64,000 nucleotides of DNA from a virus (IMGVR_UViG_3300031853_000010:39162-103161), one strand, 5' to 3'; counted from the first letter of the stretch, positions 22,925 to 34,902 are shown. The notes: generated from the sequence alone by a model not told the origin. Numbers and translations are program-made.

Positions 22925-25309
22925 ATGAATTTAAAAGATAGAATTGAACAGAGTTTTGCCACTTATGCCGCAATGACAATTCAGCATCGAGCTATGTTTG
23001 ATGTTCGTGATTGTGTTAAGCCTGCATTAAGAATGGCAATGTATGCACAATTTCTTGATAAAATTACATATGATAAACCATATAGAAAAACCCATGTAAG
23101 TATGACTTCCGCCATGCAGCATTTCTATGTTCATGGCGATGCTTCAATGGTTGATTTGCTTTGTCGTGCCGCCAGCCCTATAAGTATGCGTTATCCTCTT
23201 GAAGCTTCAATAGGTAATATGGGCACTTATTCTGGTCTTACTGACCATGCCGCACCCCGTTATACAGAAATGAAGTTGGGTGCTATCGGAACTGGTATGC
23301 TGAACGGTATTAAGCAGGATTGTATTGATATGTGGTTTGATAATTTTGATAATACAGAGCAGTTTCCTGCTGTTCTCCCATCACTGGGATTTTACAATAT
23401 CGTAAATGGAACAATAGGTATTGCTACTGGTATGGCAAGTTCCATTCCTCAGTTCAATTTAACAGAAGTTAATGAAGCTATGATAAAGTTGCTCTGGAAT
23501 CCTGATATTGATTTCGATGAGATTTATTGTGCGCCAGATTTTGCTACTGGTGGCACTATTCTTAATGGTGATGAAGTAAAAGAGTCATTAAGAGTAGGAC
23601 GTGGAAAATCTATCATTCTTCGTGGAACTGTTGAATTTGACGAAAAGCAGAACTTACTTCAGGTTACAGAAGTTCCATATGGCGTTGCTACAAATCGTAT
23701 TAAGAAGGAGATTGGTGGATTGTTTAATCCAGACCCAAAGGCAAAAATAAAACCTCCTGCAACAGCCTGCGCTGGTATTGAAAGATTTGAAGATTCTTCT
23801 GAGGAAATCGTTGATATTTCGGTATGGCTTTCAAAGGGAGCTATTCCTGCAAATGTAACTCGTAATTTGTATAAGTATACTTCCATTCAGAATTATTTCC
23901 CTATTAATATGACCATGCTCGACCACGGCACAAGACCTAAAGTTTTTGGTTGGAGAGAAGCACTTAATGCACATCTTGAACACGAAAAGGAAATAAGAAC
24001 TCGCATACATGAGTTTGAGATTAGGAAGATTGATGAAAGACTTCCTATTGTTGATGCAATTTGTCTCGCATTGGCGAATGTTGATGAAGTTGTTTCACTT
24101 ATTCGTGGTTCTTCAAATGCCGCAGAAGCAAGAACTAAGCTTATGGACCGTTTTGGTTATAATGAGGCTCAGGCTAAGGCTGTTGTTGATATTAAGCTTG
24201 GACGTTTAGCTAATCTTGAAATTCAGTCTTTTGTAGATGAGAAAGAGGAACTTACAAAGTCAAGAGACTATCATGCTCTTGCACTTTCAAATAAAGATAC
24301 ACTTTATAAAGAAATCGAAAAGGATTTAAGAGAAATCGCCAACAAATATGGTGATGAAAGAAGAACAAGAGTTATTAATCTTGATTATAAACTCGATGGA
24401 GAGAAAGCAGCGCCTATTGAGAAGAAGGAACTTCTTATACATTTTACTAATCTTGGCAACATATATACACAGACTTCCTCAACTCTTATGACTACTAAGC
24501 GTGGCGGAAAAGGTTCAAAGGTTAAGTTAAAGGATAATGAGATTATTCTTAAGACTATTTCTGACGATAATCTTGGCTCTATTCTTGCATTTTCTAATAA
24601 GGGTATTATGTATAGCGCCGCAACCAGCGACCTTCCTATTGATTCACGTATAGCCGTATCCCAGCTTTTTGCGTTGAGCGAAGGAGAAACTATTACTAAT
24701 ATTACCTCTTGGTCTCGCCGCGATGCTGTTGATTATTTCATATTCATTACTAAGAATGGTATGATTAAGAAGACGGCGGCGAAGGAATATGAACTCAAGA
24801 GAGGTAAATCTATTAAGGCAATTAGTCTTGATGATGGCGATGAGGTCATTGCGGTTCACTTTATGAACTCTCAGCCAGTCGGAATTTTGACTTCTGATGG
24901 AAATTGTGTTATAATAAATACAGATGAGATAAATGCTATTGGTAGAGTTACTAAGGGAGTAAAAGCTGTTAAGCTCAATACTGGAGCAACAGTAATTGAT
25001 TCCAGAATTATTGTTGGTGATAAACTTATTACTGTATCTTCTAATGGTCTTATTAAGAAAGCAAGTCTGGAAGAGTTTCCTATATGCACTCGCGGCACGA
25101 AGGGTAAGAAAATATCTGGTGTTCGTGAGGGAGATAATATAGTTAAATTCTTGACTTTGAAAGAAGACTGTGATATAATTATTATATCAGTTAAGGGAAC
25201 AATAAAATTCAATTCTTCTGAGTTGAAGGTATTGTCCAGAGATGCAACTGGTGTCAAAGCAATCTCATTGCCTGATGGCTTTAAGGTTGTAGATTTGGAA
25301 AAAGCTTAA
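22925..25309 (+). CDS. gyrA: Type IIA topoisomerase A subunit (GyrA/ParC-like) with beta-pinwheel CTD
   Basis: RDCVKP, HGDAS, AAPRYTE catalytic Tyr, NGTIGIATG, PDFATG, KRGGKG, RxxxGV blade repeats. Confidence 0.92.
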   Translation: MNLKDRIEQSFATYAAMTIQHRAMFDVRDCVKPALRMAMYAQFLDKITYDKPYRKTHVSMTSAMQHFYVHGDASMVDLLCRAASPISMRYPLEASIGNMGTYSGLTDHAAPRYTEMKLGAIGTGMLNGIKQDCIDMWFDNFDNTEQFPAVLPSLGFYNIVNGTIGIATGMASSIPQFNLTEVNEAMIKLLWNPDIDFDEIYCAPDFATGGTILNGDEVKESLRVGRGKSIILRGTVEFDEKQNLLQVTEVPYGVATNRIKKEIGGLFNPDPKAKIKPPATACAGIERFEDSSEEIVDISVWLSKGAIPANVTRNLYKYTSIQNYFPINMTMLDHGTRPKVFGWREALNAHLEHEKEIRTRIHEFEIRKIDERLPIVDAICLALANVDEVVSLIRGSSNAAEARTKLMDRFGYNEAQAKAVVDIKLGRLANLEIQSFVDEKEELTKSRDYHALALSNKDTLYKEIEKDLREIANKYGDERRTRVINLDYKLDGEKAAPIEKKELLIHFTNLGNIYTQTSSTLMTTKRGGKGSKVKLKDNEIILKTISDDNLGSILAFSNKGIMYSAATSDLPIDSRIAVSQLFALSEGETITNITSWSRRDAVDYFIFITKNGMIKKTAAKEYELKRGKSIKAISLDDGDEVIAVHFMNSQPVGILTSDGNCVIINTDEINAIGRVTKGVKAVKLNTGATVIDSRIIVGDKLITVSSNGLIKKASLEEFPICTRGTKGKKISGVREGDNIVKFLTLKEDCDIIIISVKGTIKFNSSELKVLSRDATGVKAISLPDGFKVVDLEKA
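25151..25179 (+). promoter_or_regulatory. sigmaA-type promoter inside the gyrA coding sequence
   Basis: TTGACT-N17-TATAAT with extended TG. Confidence 0.6.
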
Positions 25310-25318
25310 GTCAAAAAT

Positions 25319-25347
25319 TTGACTTTTGCTTCAATCCATGATATAAT
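25319..25347 (+). promoter_or_regulatory. sigmaA-type promoter with its -35 in a short hairpin
   Basis: AAGTCAAA-AA-TTTGACTT; TTGACT-N17-TATAAT. Confidence 0.75.
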
Positions 25348-25377
25348 AAATATAGAAAATCAAGGGAGGGAAAAAGA

Positions 25378-25809
25378 ATGACTCTTGTAGAAAAAAGAGA
25401 AATCATTGCTGAAAATAAAGACTCCACTATTGCGGCGGTAAATGCCGTGCTTGATACTTATTATAATCTTCTTGACCCAGTAAGAGGTAAAGATGGTTAG
25501 GTTGATAAGTCAAAGTTTGATGATAAAAAAGCTTATGAATATGCACAAGATATGTATGTAGAAGCTATGAAGTTTGAACACGTTCTTAAAAAGCTTAAAA
25601 ATAAGGACGAACTTACTGAAAAAGATATTGCTTACATTGGTATTTGTTATAGCTTTTGTATAACAAGAGCTACTCAGTAGATTGAATCAATAACTAAGGC
25701 AAAAGAGTTGTTATCAGATATTTCTAAAAAAATATCAAGCTCAATCTATGAAAGTGAAGCGGCTCAGCAAATGAAAAATTTGATTCAAAGATATGACTCA
25801 AAAAATTGA
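25378..25809 (+). CDS. Hypothetical protein, 143 aa, 2 TAG (absent from ORF track)
   Basis: GGAGG RBS; MTLVEKREII...; TAG at 25498 and 25678; TGA 25807. Confidence 0.75.
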
Positions 25810-25834
25810 CTTTTATCACAATTGGTGATATAAT
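25806..25834 (+). promoter_or_regulatory. sigmaA-type promoter
   Basis: TTGACT-N17-TATAAT with extended TG. Confidence 0.75.
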
Positions 25835-25911
25835 AAATATGTAAAAAAATAGCGAACCTTGCTATTTTTGATAAATAAAATTTAAAAACACATTAAAGGA
25901 GTGATGTTAAA

Positions 25912-26202
25912 ATGGCAACAACAAAGAAGGGTATGACTGAAAACAGCAGAAAGGTTCTTGATTTCCTTAAGGGTAACGGTGTAGGTGCTAAGTTCACACA
26001 CAAGGAAGTTGCAGATGCACTTGGTTTTGAGACTACAGCAGCAGTAGTTGGCTCAGTAACAGGTCTTGTAAACAAGGGCTACGCAGTTCGTGAGAAGGAA
26101 GAGAGAACTGACGCAGAGGGTAAGTCAAAGCCTGTTTCAGTATTCTATCTTACACAGGAAGGTATGGATTTCAATCCTGATGAGATTACTACAGCTGAGT
26201 AA
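25912..26202 (+). CDS. Winged-helix DNA-binding protein
   Basis: FTHKEVADALG..VVGSVTGLVNKGY..FYLTQEG; strongly biased codons suggest high expression. Confidence 0.75.
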   Translation: MATTKKGMTENSRKVLDFLKGNGVGAKFTHKEVADALGFETTAAVVGSVTGLVNKGYAVREKEERTDAEGKSKPVSVFYLTQEGMDFNPDEITTAE

Positions 26203-26307
26203 TTAATGGCGAAGTAATCGCAGGAATAAGGCGGAGTTTTACTCCGCCGATTTCCTAATCTACTTTAATTAAAAATTTTAATTATTAATTTTTTGGAGGA
26301 TTTAAGT

Positions 26308-27225
26308 ATGTTAAATATTATGAAGAATGAAAGCACAAACGTTGTAAACATCTCTGGTATTCTCAGTCAGCTTGACGTTGAAGAGAAGAGCACAGCAGAT
26401 GGAAGAGATTATGTATCAGCAAAGGCGGTCATTAAGGTGGACCAGGAAATCGGCGGAAAGATGGTCGAGAACGAAATTCCTGTAAGATTTTTCTCAATGA
26501 AGATGAAGTCTGATAACTCAGGAGTAAGTAAGATTTATACTTCAATTTGTGATTTCAAGAATAAGTTTACTTCACTCGCCGCACTCCCTGATGAAGATAA
26601 GTCAATGGCTTCAAAGGTTGTTATTAATTCAGGTCATATTGAGGAAAACATTTGGATTGACCCGAATAGCGGCGAAGCAAGAACCACATGGCAGATTGGT
26701 TCTAACTTTATGAATGAGCCTCGTGGTGAATTTGAAGAGGGAGCAAAGTTTGAGCTTTCTGGTGTAGTTATTAACAAGACAAGAGAGCAGGATGTAAACG
26801 GCGAAGATACAGGAAGACTCAAGATTAAGTTTGGTGTTGTAAGATACAATGGTAGACTTGATGTTATCGAGTTAATTGCTGCTTCTGAAAATGCAGTAAA
26901 CTTCATTGAAAACAACTGGGAAGATGGCGATACAGTAAATGTAAATGGAGCAGTTAGCTTCAATCAGACTCAGAAGGTATGGTATGAGGAGCAGGGCTTT
27001 GGTGAGCCTATTAAGAGAACTAAGACAATTTCTCGTAAGGAGCTTATTGTTCTTGGTGGTTCTCCATCTGGTCTTGAAGAGGAACTTTCATTTGATTCAA
27101 ATGACGTAAAGTCTGCTCTTGGTAATCGTCAGGCAAGAGTAGAAGAGATGAAACAGAAGGCAAATACAAAGGGTAAGTCACAGCAGTCAACAAAGTCAGC
27201 TTTTAACAGCAATCTTGGTTTCTAA
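26308..27225 (+). CDS. Single-stranded DNA-binding protein (double OB fold)
   Basis: NVVNISGIL, FELSGVV, GDTVNVNG; flexible tail ending in F; adjacent to Sak4-like ATPase. Confidence 0.65.
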   Translation: MLNIMKNESTNVVNISGILSQLDVEEKSTADGRDYVSAKAVIKVDQEIGGKMVENEIPVRFFSMKMKSDNSGVSKIYTSICDFKNKFTSLAALPDEDKSMASKVVINSGHIEENIWIDPNSGEARTTWQIGSNFMNEPRGEFEEGAKFELSGVVINKTREQDVNGEDTGRLKIKFGVVRYNGRLDVIELIAASENAVNFIENNWEDGDTVNVNGAVSFNQTQKVWYEEQGFGEPIKRTKTISRKELIVLGGSPSGLEEELSFDSNDVKSALGNRQARVEEMKQKANTKGKSQQSTKSAFNSNLGF

Positions 27226-27267
27226 TAACCAAGATTGTTGCTACTATATAAAAAGGAGGAATGACTA

Positions 27268-28233
27268 ATGGCAACTATTGATTTACTTAATCTTCAGCCG
27301 CAGACTATAAGCAGAAATCTTAAAGGTAAGTATGCTATGTTTTATGGATTGCCTGGTGTTGGTAAAACTGCACTTGCGGCGCAGTTTCCTAAAATTCTTA
27401 TTGTAGGATTTGAGATGGGAACTAATGCCTTGAATAATGTATTCGTTCAGCCTGCTAAGACTTGGATTGATTGGAGAACAATTTGTTCTCAGCTTATAAA
27501 AAAGCCAGAAGTTCAGGAAAAGTTTGATACAATCGGTATCGATACTGTTGACGCAGCCTGGGATTTGTGCGTAAAATATATATGTAATCAGAATGGTGTT
27601 GAAAAGCTTGGAGATATCCCTTGGGGCGCAGGCTATGATATGGCTAAGAAAGAGTTTCAGAACTTTTTCAGAGATTTAACCTATGCAGGTTATGGTCTTA
27701 TTTTCATATCACATTCAACAGAAAAAACACTCAAAGACGAGAAAGGAGAAGAGTATCAGCAGATTAACCCAGCTCTTCCTCAGAGACCTTATGATATTAT
27801 AAACAAGATGGTTGACATTATTGGTTATATTCGTGAGATAGAGGACGAGAATGGTGAGAGAAAGAGATTTATCTTCTTCCGTGGTGATGACAGATTCTTC
27901 GCTAAATCTCGTTTTAAGTATATAGCTCCACGTGTTGAATTCAGCTATGATAATATTGTAAATGCTATTTATAATGCTATTGATGAGGAAGTAAAACATT
28001 CTGGTGGAGATGCCCCATCTGATGAGGTTAACCCATATGTTACTCAAACATTTGATGACCTTATGGAAGATGCAAGAGAAGTATGGGGTAAAGTAGTTCA
28101 GAACGAAAAGGTCGAAGAAGCAAGTAAAATCCTTGAAGAAACATTTGGTGCTCCCACTAAATTTTCCGAAATTTTACCAGAGCAGATTGACAAACTTAAA
28201 ATTGTTCTGAATAATATTAAGGAAATACTTTAA
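27268..28233 (+). CDS. Sak4-like AAA ATPase / recombinase
   Basis: YGLPGVGKT, IGIDTVD, WGAGY, FISH, AKSRF. Confidence 0.85.
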   Translation: MATIDLLNLQPQTISRNLKGKYAMFYGLPGVGKTALAAQFPKILIVGFEMGTNALNNVFVQPAKTWIDWRTICSQLIKKPEVQEKFDTIGIDTVDAAWDLCVKYICNQNGVEKLGDIPWGAGYDMAKKEFQNFFRDLTYAGYGLIFISHSTEKTLKDEKGEEYQQINPALPQRPYDIINKMVDIIGYIREIEDENGERKRFIFFRGDDRFFAKSRFKYIAPRVEFSYDNIVNAIYNAIDEEVKHSGGDAPSDEVNPYVTQTFDDLMEDAREVWGKVVQNEKVEEASKILEETFGAPTKFSEILPEQIDKLKIVLNNIKEIL

Positions 28234-28240
28234 TTATGGT

Positions 28241-28274
28241 GGGGAAAGGCTTGGTTCTTTCCCCTTCTTTTTTT
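28241..28274 (+). terminator. Intrinsic terminator
   Basis: GGGGAAAG...CTTTCCCC plus T-tract. Confidence 0.75.
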
Positions 28275-28282
28275 AAGAGAGG

Positions 28283-29524
28283 TTGAGAAAATTGAACGAA
28301 AAGGTAAAAATATTAGATACTAACATCCTTTTAGACTATCCTCAGATAGTAACAAATCCAAAAGAGTATTGGATTATTTCAATGGTTACTTTAAAAGAGA
28401 TTGATGGTCTTAAACTTAACAAGAATCCAGAAATTTCACAGAAGGCTCGTAAGGCGGCAGTTTATATTGCCAAGAATATGGATAATATTGAGTGGGATTT
28501 TACTCGTGATTATGCTGAGGACCCTGACGGAGTTCTTCTTGAAATTGCTAAAAAGAGAAATGCAACTATTGTTACTAATGATATTTCCTTTAAAGTAAGA
28601 TGTCAGGTTAATAATGTTGATGTTGAGGGATATAGCTGGAAAGATGATTATTGCGGCATTGTTTATATGAACGTTGGAGATATGGACCTTGATACTTATA
28701 ACGAAATATTAACAGACCTTATTGAAAATGGTCATTATGAAACTGAAGATTATGATTTCAGTATAAATGAATATCTCATTGTGCCGCCGCCCTATGAGGA
28801 CGCATCATATGGTAAGGAAAGTATTTTTAAGTATGATGGAGCAAAATTCCATGCAGTTCCTTTTGGAAAGATTGAAAGTCACTGGACTTCTGATAATAAA
28901 CCTATTTGCGCTCGCAATCCTGAACAGGTTTGCCTTATTGATGCTTTAAATAATGATATTCCGATTATCTATGCTGGCGGCAACTTTGGAACTGGTAAGA
29001 CTTTTCTCACTCATAACTATGCTATTGCTCAGCTTGAAAAGGATAATATAAAGAGAATTATTTATGTTCCTAATAACTCATACACTCAGAATACAATGGA
29101 CCTCGGCGCATTACCTGGCGATTTAATGGAAAAAATTCTTCCTTCTATTGGTCCTCTTGTTGACATTGTTGGTATTGACCAGATTAACAGATGGATGCAG
29201 GAAGATAAGTTAGAAATTGTGCCAGTAGCTTATATCAGAGGTAGAAATTTTGATGATGCAATTGTTCTTGTAAGTGAAGCTGAAAATCTTACAGAGGAAC
29301 ATATAAAATTACTTCTCGCCCGCTGTGGTAAAAATACGAAAATATTTTTTGATGGCGATATACATCAGGCAGATAGTGCAATATTTAAAGACAGAAATGG
29401 TCTTAAATTACTTCTTAAACTTCATGAAAGTCCTTACTTTGCTAAGATGTTTTCAACAGTTCAGCTTATTAAAATAGAAAGAAGCGCCGTTGCAGGTGCA
29501 GCAGATTATCTTGATAAAGTTTAA
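28283..29524 (+). CDS. phoH: PIN-PhoH protein
   Basis: LDTNIL PIN domain; GNFGTGKT; YIRGRNF; EAENLT; DGDIHQ; IERS. Confidence 0.9.
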   Translation: MRKLNEKVKILDTNILLDYPQIVTNPKEYWIISMVTLKEIDGLKLNKNPEISQKARKAAVYIAKNMDNIEWDFTRDYAEDPDGVLLEIAKKRNATIVTNDISFKVRCQVNNVDVEGYSWKDDYCGIVYMNVGDMDLDTYNEILTDLIENGHYETEDYDFSINEYLIVPPPYEDASYGKESIFKYDGAKFHAVPFGKIESHWTSDNKPICARNPEQVCLIDALNNDIPIIYAGGNFGTGKTFLTHNYAIAQLEKDNIKRIIYVPNNSYTQNTMDLGALPGDLMEKILPSIGPLVDIVGIDQINRWMQEDKLEIVPVAYIRGRNFDDAIVLVSEAENLTEEHIKLLLARCGKNTKIFFDGDIHQADSAIFKDRNGLKLLLKLHESPYFAKMFSTVQLIKIERSAVAGAADYLDKV

Positions 29525-29527
29525 TTA

Positions 29528-29558
29528 TAAAGGAGGCAATCAATGCCTCCTTTTATAA
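29528..29558 (+). terminator. Intrinsic terminator
   Basis: AAAGGAGGCA-ATCAA-TGCCTCCTTTT. Confidence 0.75.
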
Positions 29559-29562
29559 AATC

Positions 29563-29591
29563 TTGACTTTTTTGACGGTTTGTGATATAAT
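29563..29591 (+). promoter_or_regulatory. sigmaA-type promoter of the helicase/primase operon
   Basis: TTGACT-N17-TATAAT with extended TG. Confidence 0.8.
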
Positions 29592-29623
29592 ATATATAGA
29601 AATTAATGAGAAAGGTGATTAAA

Positions 29624-30340
29624 ATGGGAAAGAAAATCGATGAAAAAATAATTGAGCAGATTCCCGTTTTATATGAGCAGTATCAGAGTAAAGCAGAGGT
29701 CGCAAGACAGCTTGGAATCAGTTCTGCGAGTGTAAATAAGTATCTTGCGATTTATAATAGCGCCCCCGTAGAAGTCGTAACAAAAAAGAGAGTAAAGATT
29801 GATGATAATTTGATAGCTCAAATTAATGAGAAATATAAGTCGTATAAGAATATGGCGCAAGTTGCAAAAGAACTGGGAATTTCTCCATCAACAGTTAAGA
29901 ATCATCTTAACGAAGAAAACTTAAAATTGAAAAATAAGGTTAATGATGACAGAGATGCTCTTTGGTTTTATATATATCGTTTATTTGGAGCAGATGGCGA
30001 TAAGCCAGTAAGTGATTGGAATGTTACTCAGATGCAGAAGTTTAATAAGATGGGAATGAATTATAAGTCTTAGCTTTTGACTTTAAAATATTTTTATGAA
30101 ATTGAGAAGCATCCAGTATCAGATAAATATAAAACAATAGGCATTATTCCTTATATCTACGACAAGGCTGGAGCATATTATAAGCTTCAAGAAAAGAAAA
30201 GAATTGAAGTTGAAGAAGCAATTGAAAAACAACTCGAACAGGATAGAATTGAAATCAAATACAATCCAAGTGATTATATCGGTGCGAAAAAGAAAAAGAA
30301 AATGATTGACCTTGAACAGATTGTAGGTGATGTTCAGTGA
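29624..30340 (+). CDS. Double-HTH protein preceding the helicase, 238 aa, 1 TAG
   Basis: Two VARQLGIS/VAKELGIS HTH motifs; YKS*LLTLKYFYE; GIIPYIY. Confidence 0.75.
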
Positions 30341-32040
30341 TAAAAATAGACCGTCATACTGTCATTCAGATACTTGGCGGATTGATGAATAGACCAGAGT
30401 ATCTGAATGATGTTGATAAATATAGATTTGAATTAAGTGACTTTCCGACTTCACTTGATAAATTTATATTTTCAGCAATTAATAATCTATATAACAGTGG
30501 AGAAGGAGCAAATAATATTCGCTGTATAGATGTTGTTTGTTATTTAAAAAACAATGCCTCTGCAGCCGCCCTTCTTGAGAAAGAGAATGGAGAAGCCTTT
30601 TTACAAGATTGTGAAACGGTGGGTGAACCAGAAAATTTTGGCTATTATTACAAGAAATTTAAAAAATTAAACTTTGTAAAAGACCTGCAAAAATCTGGTA
30701 GAGATGTAAGTAATATCTACTGCGAAGATATTCTCAATCCAAGATATGCGGAGATAAATGAACGTTTTGAGCAAATGGATGTTGAAGACATTCTTAATAT
30801 GCTTAAAATGGAAATAAATGGTTATGAAGCAAAGTTTGTTCTTAAAAGTGTTGTTGATGAATCAAAAGCGACAGATGGAATTGAAAAGTTAATTGAGGAA
30901 TTGAAAATAAAGCCAGAGGTCGGTTGTAAATTACAAGGCGACATTATGAATACGGTAACACGTGGAGGAAGAAAGGGTAAGTTTTATCTTCGTTCTGCGG
31001 GCTCTGGCGTTGGTAAAACTCGTTAGATGGTTGGAGATGCTTGTAATATAGCTTATCCAATTCGTTTTGATAGAAAGAAAAATAAATGGATTTCAACAGG
31101 AAGCTGTGAAAAGGTTCTATATGTAATGACAGAGCAAGACCCTGATGAAATTAAAACTATGATACTTGCATATCTTACAGGATATAATGAGGAAATATTC
31201 TTGTATGGCACATATGGCGAAAAAGAAATGCCTCGTATTAAACAAGCAATTGACATTATGCAGAAATATGAGGATAATATGTTATTTGCTCATATGCCTG
31301 ACCCATGTGCATCAGCCGTTAAAAATCTGTTTAGAAGATATAATATTCAATATGGTGTTGAAAATATTTTCTATGACTATATATTCTCTTCGCCCGCCAT
31401 GCTTAATGAATATCGTGATTTAAAGTTGCGTGAAGATGTTTGTTTAAGACTTTTTACTACAACTTTAAAAAATCTTGCCGTTGAGCTTAATGCATTTATT
31501 ATGAGTTCTACTCAGGTAAGTAATGACGATGATGAAAAGGGTGGATTTAGAGACTTTAGACACGTTCAAGGTTCAAAGGCAATTGTAAACCTTGCCGACT
31601 TTGCTTGTATTATGTCAAGACCAACAAAAGTTGAATTACAAGAATTAGCAGGATTTCAAAGTTCATTTTCATTTGTTCCAAATCTGGTTATTGACGTTTA
31701 TAAAAATCGTCGTGGTAGATGGAATATGATAAGAATTTGGTGCTATAATGACCTAGGATGCTGTCGTCGTGAAGATTTATTCGTGACCACTGCTGATATG
31801 AAGCCGATTAAAGACTTCAAGACAATTCAGTTTGATTCTATAAATTTTGGCAAGTTTGATGAATTATGTGATTTGTATAATGAAGGAATAGTATCAGATG
31901 ATATATATGAAGAATATTATGCCGTTTCTGATATAAAACCAGAAGAACTTATACTTGACGCCGCCGCAGCCTTTGATGATAAAGAAGATATGAAGAGACG
32001 TGTAGAAAATAAGAGTTTTGAAGAATTATGTAATTTGTAA
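30337..32040 (+). CDS. dnaB: DnaB-like replicative helicase, 567 aa, 1 TAG
   Basis: SAGSGVGKTR*MVGDAC Walker A, VMTEQ, FYDYI, SSTQ, GSKAI, YKNRRG. Confidence 0.9.
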
Positions 32041-32052
32041 GGAGAGAGTTAA

Positions 32053-33108
32053 ATGAGTGATTTAAATGAATTGGTAAATAGTTTAACAAATGAACAAATT
32101 ATTGAAATCATGACTTAGCTCGGCGCGGACAGATTTGAAGAAACTGGTAATGCAATTATTTTTCCTACAATATGTCATAATCATGAAGCTTCAGACGCAA
32201 GTATGAAATTGTATTATTATCCACGAACAAAAACGTTTCATTGCTATACGGATTGCGGCTGTACATTTAATATAATTAACATGATGAAAAAGCGTTATGA
32301 GCTATTAAATGTTCAGTATGATTTCTTTAAAGACATAGTGGTAAGAATTGGCGGCAAGGCTGGAGCAAAAACGAAAGAAACTTTCTATCAGCCTTATCAT
32401 TCAATTTATGAAAAAGAAAATCATGAAGTGGATGTTAAACTGCCAATTCTTAATAAAGGATTATTAAATGCTTATACCTTCTATCCAACTGCTGAATGGT
32501 TGGAAGATGGTATCAGTGAAGAAATTATGAAAACTTACAATATCCTTTATTCAATTCAAGAAAATAAGATAATAATACCGCATTATGATGTAGCTGGTCA
32601 TCTCATTGGTATAAGAGGAAGGGCATTAAATGATGAAGATATTGCACTTGGTAAATATATGCCAGTGAAATTGGAAGGTGTCACCTATGCCCATCCACTT
32701 ACTTACAATCTTTATGGATTGAATGTTGTAAGAGAAAATATAAGAAAATATAAAACAGCAATTGTTGCAGAGGGCGAAAAAAGTCCAATGCAATATGGAA
32801 CGATGTTTGGACAAGATAGAAATATCGTTGTCGCCGCCTGTGGTAGCACATTTCATAAATATCAACTTGATTTATTATTACAGTGCGGAGCAGAAAGAGT
32901 TCTTATAGCCTTTGATAAGGAAGGGGCAACTTGGAAAGAGCAAGAAGCTTATTATAATAAGTTAAAAGGAATTTGTGAAAAGTATAAGAACTACGCAAGT
33001 ATGGGATTTGTTTATGATAATAGTAATCTACTTAAATTAAAGCAGTCGCCATTTGACTGTGGACCAGAAGTAGCCACTAAATTAATATCAAAAGGAGTAT
33101 GGTTATAA
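32053..33108 (+). CDS. dnaG: DNA primase (Zn finger plus TOPRIM), 351 aa, TAG at codon 22
   Basis: TICHN..FHCYTDC; IGIRGR; EGEKS; AFDKE. Confidence 0.88.
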
Positions 33109-34902
33109 GTGAAGTTTATAAGAAAAACAAGTTATGACATTAAGTCAGACTATACATTAAATCTCTTGAAAGATAGAGGTATTATTTCTCCGTAGGGAGA
33201 TAATGATTGGTATTTTTCTCCAACGAGAGAAAATTTATGCGACCCTCTTCTTCTCGACCACATGGAGGAAGGATATAGGCTGTATAAAAAGCACTTAGAA
33301 AATGGTAGTAAAATAAGACTATATGTTGACTGTGACGTCGATGGTTTTACTTCTGCCGCCGTGTTCATTAAATATTTTAACACATTATTAAAAGACAAGT
33401 ATCCTGATGTAAGTTTTACTTATCATATACCAGAGGGTAAAGAACATGGTCTTCGTTCTGTTATGGATGAATTAACCCATGAGAAGATTTGTGATTTAAT
33501 CATCCTTCCCGATAGTTCTTCTAATGACTATTTGGAACACGCAATTCTTTCTAAATTAGGATATGACATACTTGTCCTTGACCACCATGAAGCAGATAAG
33601 TATAGTGAAAATGCTGTTGTGATTAATAATCAACTTTCTGAAGACTATCCAAATAAGGCGGCAAGCGGTGTAGGAATTGTTTATAAGTTTTTACAGTTCT
33701 TCGACGCAATGGAGGGATACGACCATGCAGATTACTATCTCGACTTGGTTGCTCTTGGAGAGATTAGTGATATGATGAATATGCAGACACCAGAAAATCG
33801 CTATATTTGTGAAGCTGGACTAAGTTCTATTACAAATGTATTATTCCAGTCAATTATTAAGAAACAGTGCTATTCGATGTTCGGTATTTATGAAACGGAT
33901 TTTAGTAATAAATACTATACTTCTGGTGAAGTTAATTAGATAAAAGTAGCATTTTATGTCACACCTCTTATTAATGCTCTTATCAGAGTTGGCACATAGA
34001 GTGATAAGGAAATGCTATTCCGTGGTTTTATTGAAGGCATAGAAGTAATTCCTTCAACCAAACGCGGCGCAAAAGGCGAGTTTGAAACTGTTGCAGAATA
34101 GGTCACAAGAAATTGTGTAAATGCCCGCGCCCGTCAGAATAAGGAAAAGGATAAGGCGATTGAATTACTGGATATTCAAATTATGAATGATTGTCTTGAT
34201 GAAAATAAGATTCTTATTCTCAATGCTGATGACCTTAATGTATCTACAAACCTTACAGGTCTGATTGCTATGGGTATTTCGGCAAAATATAAGAAACCCA
34301 CTCTTCTCGGTAGAATAAGTCCAGACGGTTATTTAAAAGGCTCAATTCGTGGAAGAGAAGAAAGTGAGTTAAAAGATTTCAAATCTTTCTTGAAAGATAG
34401 CGACTACATGGACTTTGTTGAAGGTCATGCGAATGCCGCAGGCTTTAGTCTTAAAAGTAATAACGTTTCAAAACTTTATGATTATGCGAATGAAAAGCTA
34501 AAGGATGTTAATTTCAATGAGGGATATTACGATGCAGATTTTGTCATATCAGGCAATTATTCTGATATAAGCAATCTTGTTATGGATTTGGGTAGTAATA
34601 CTTCTCTTTGGGGTCAATAGAATAAAGAACCTATTATTATTGTTGAAAATATTACAATTCCCAAGAACCAAATACAATATATAGGTTCGAAGAAGGATAC
34701 TATAAAATTTGTATTTAATGGTATGACTTATATGATTTTTAAGGCGCAAGATGTTATTGACGAAATTAAAGCATTCAATAATGATATTCTTAATATCACT
34801 TGTGCTGGCAGAGCAAACATTAATAAGTGGGGCGGCAGAATGGTTCCTTAGATTTATGTTGATGAAATTGAGTTAAAGGAGAGTTCAATTTATGACTTCT
34901 GA
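33109..34902 (+). CDS. recJ: RecJ-like ssDNA exonuclease, 597 aa, 6 TAG
   Basis: DCDVDG, LDHH, ISDMM, PLINALIRVGT*, GHANAAG, WGQ, NKWGGRMVP*I. Confidence 0.92.

Noticed and set aside
21080-31029. TAG-ATG junctions in gyrB and dnaB as programmed stop/restart
   Set aside because: No RBS precedes these ATGs and Gln-Met fits the surrounding protein sequence; likely coincidence.
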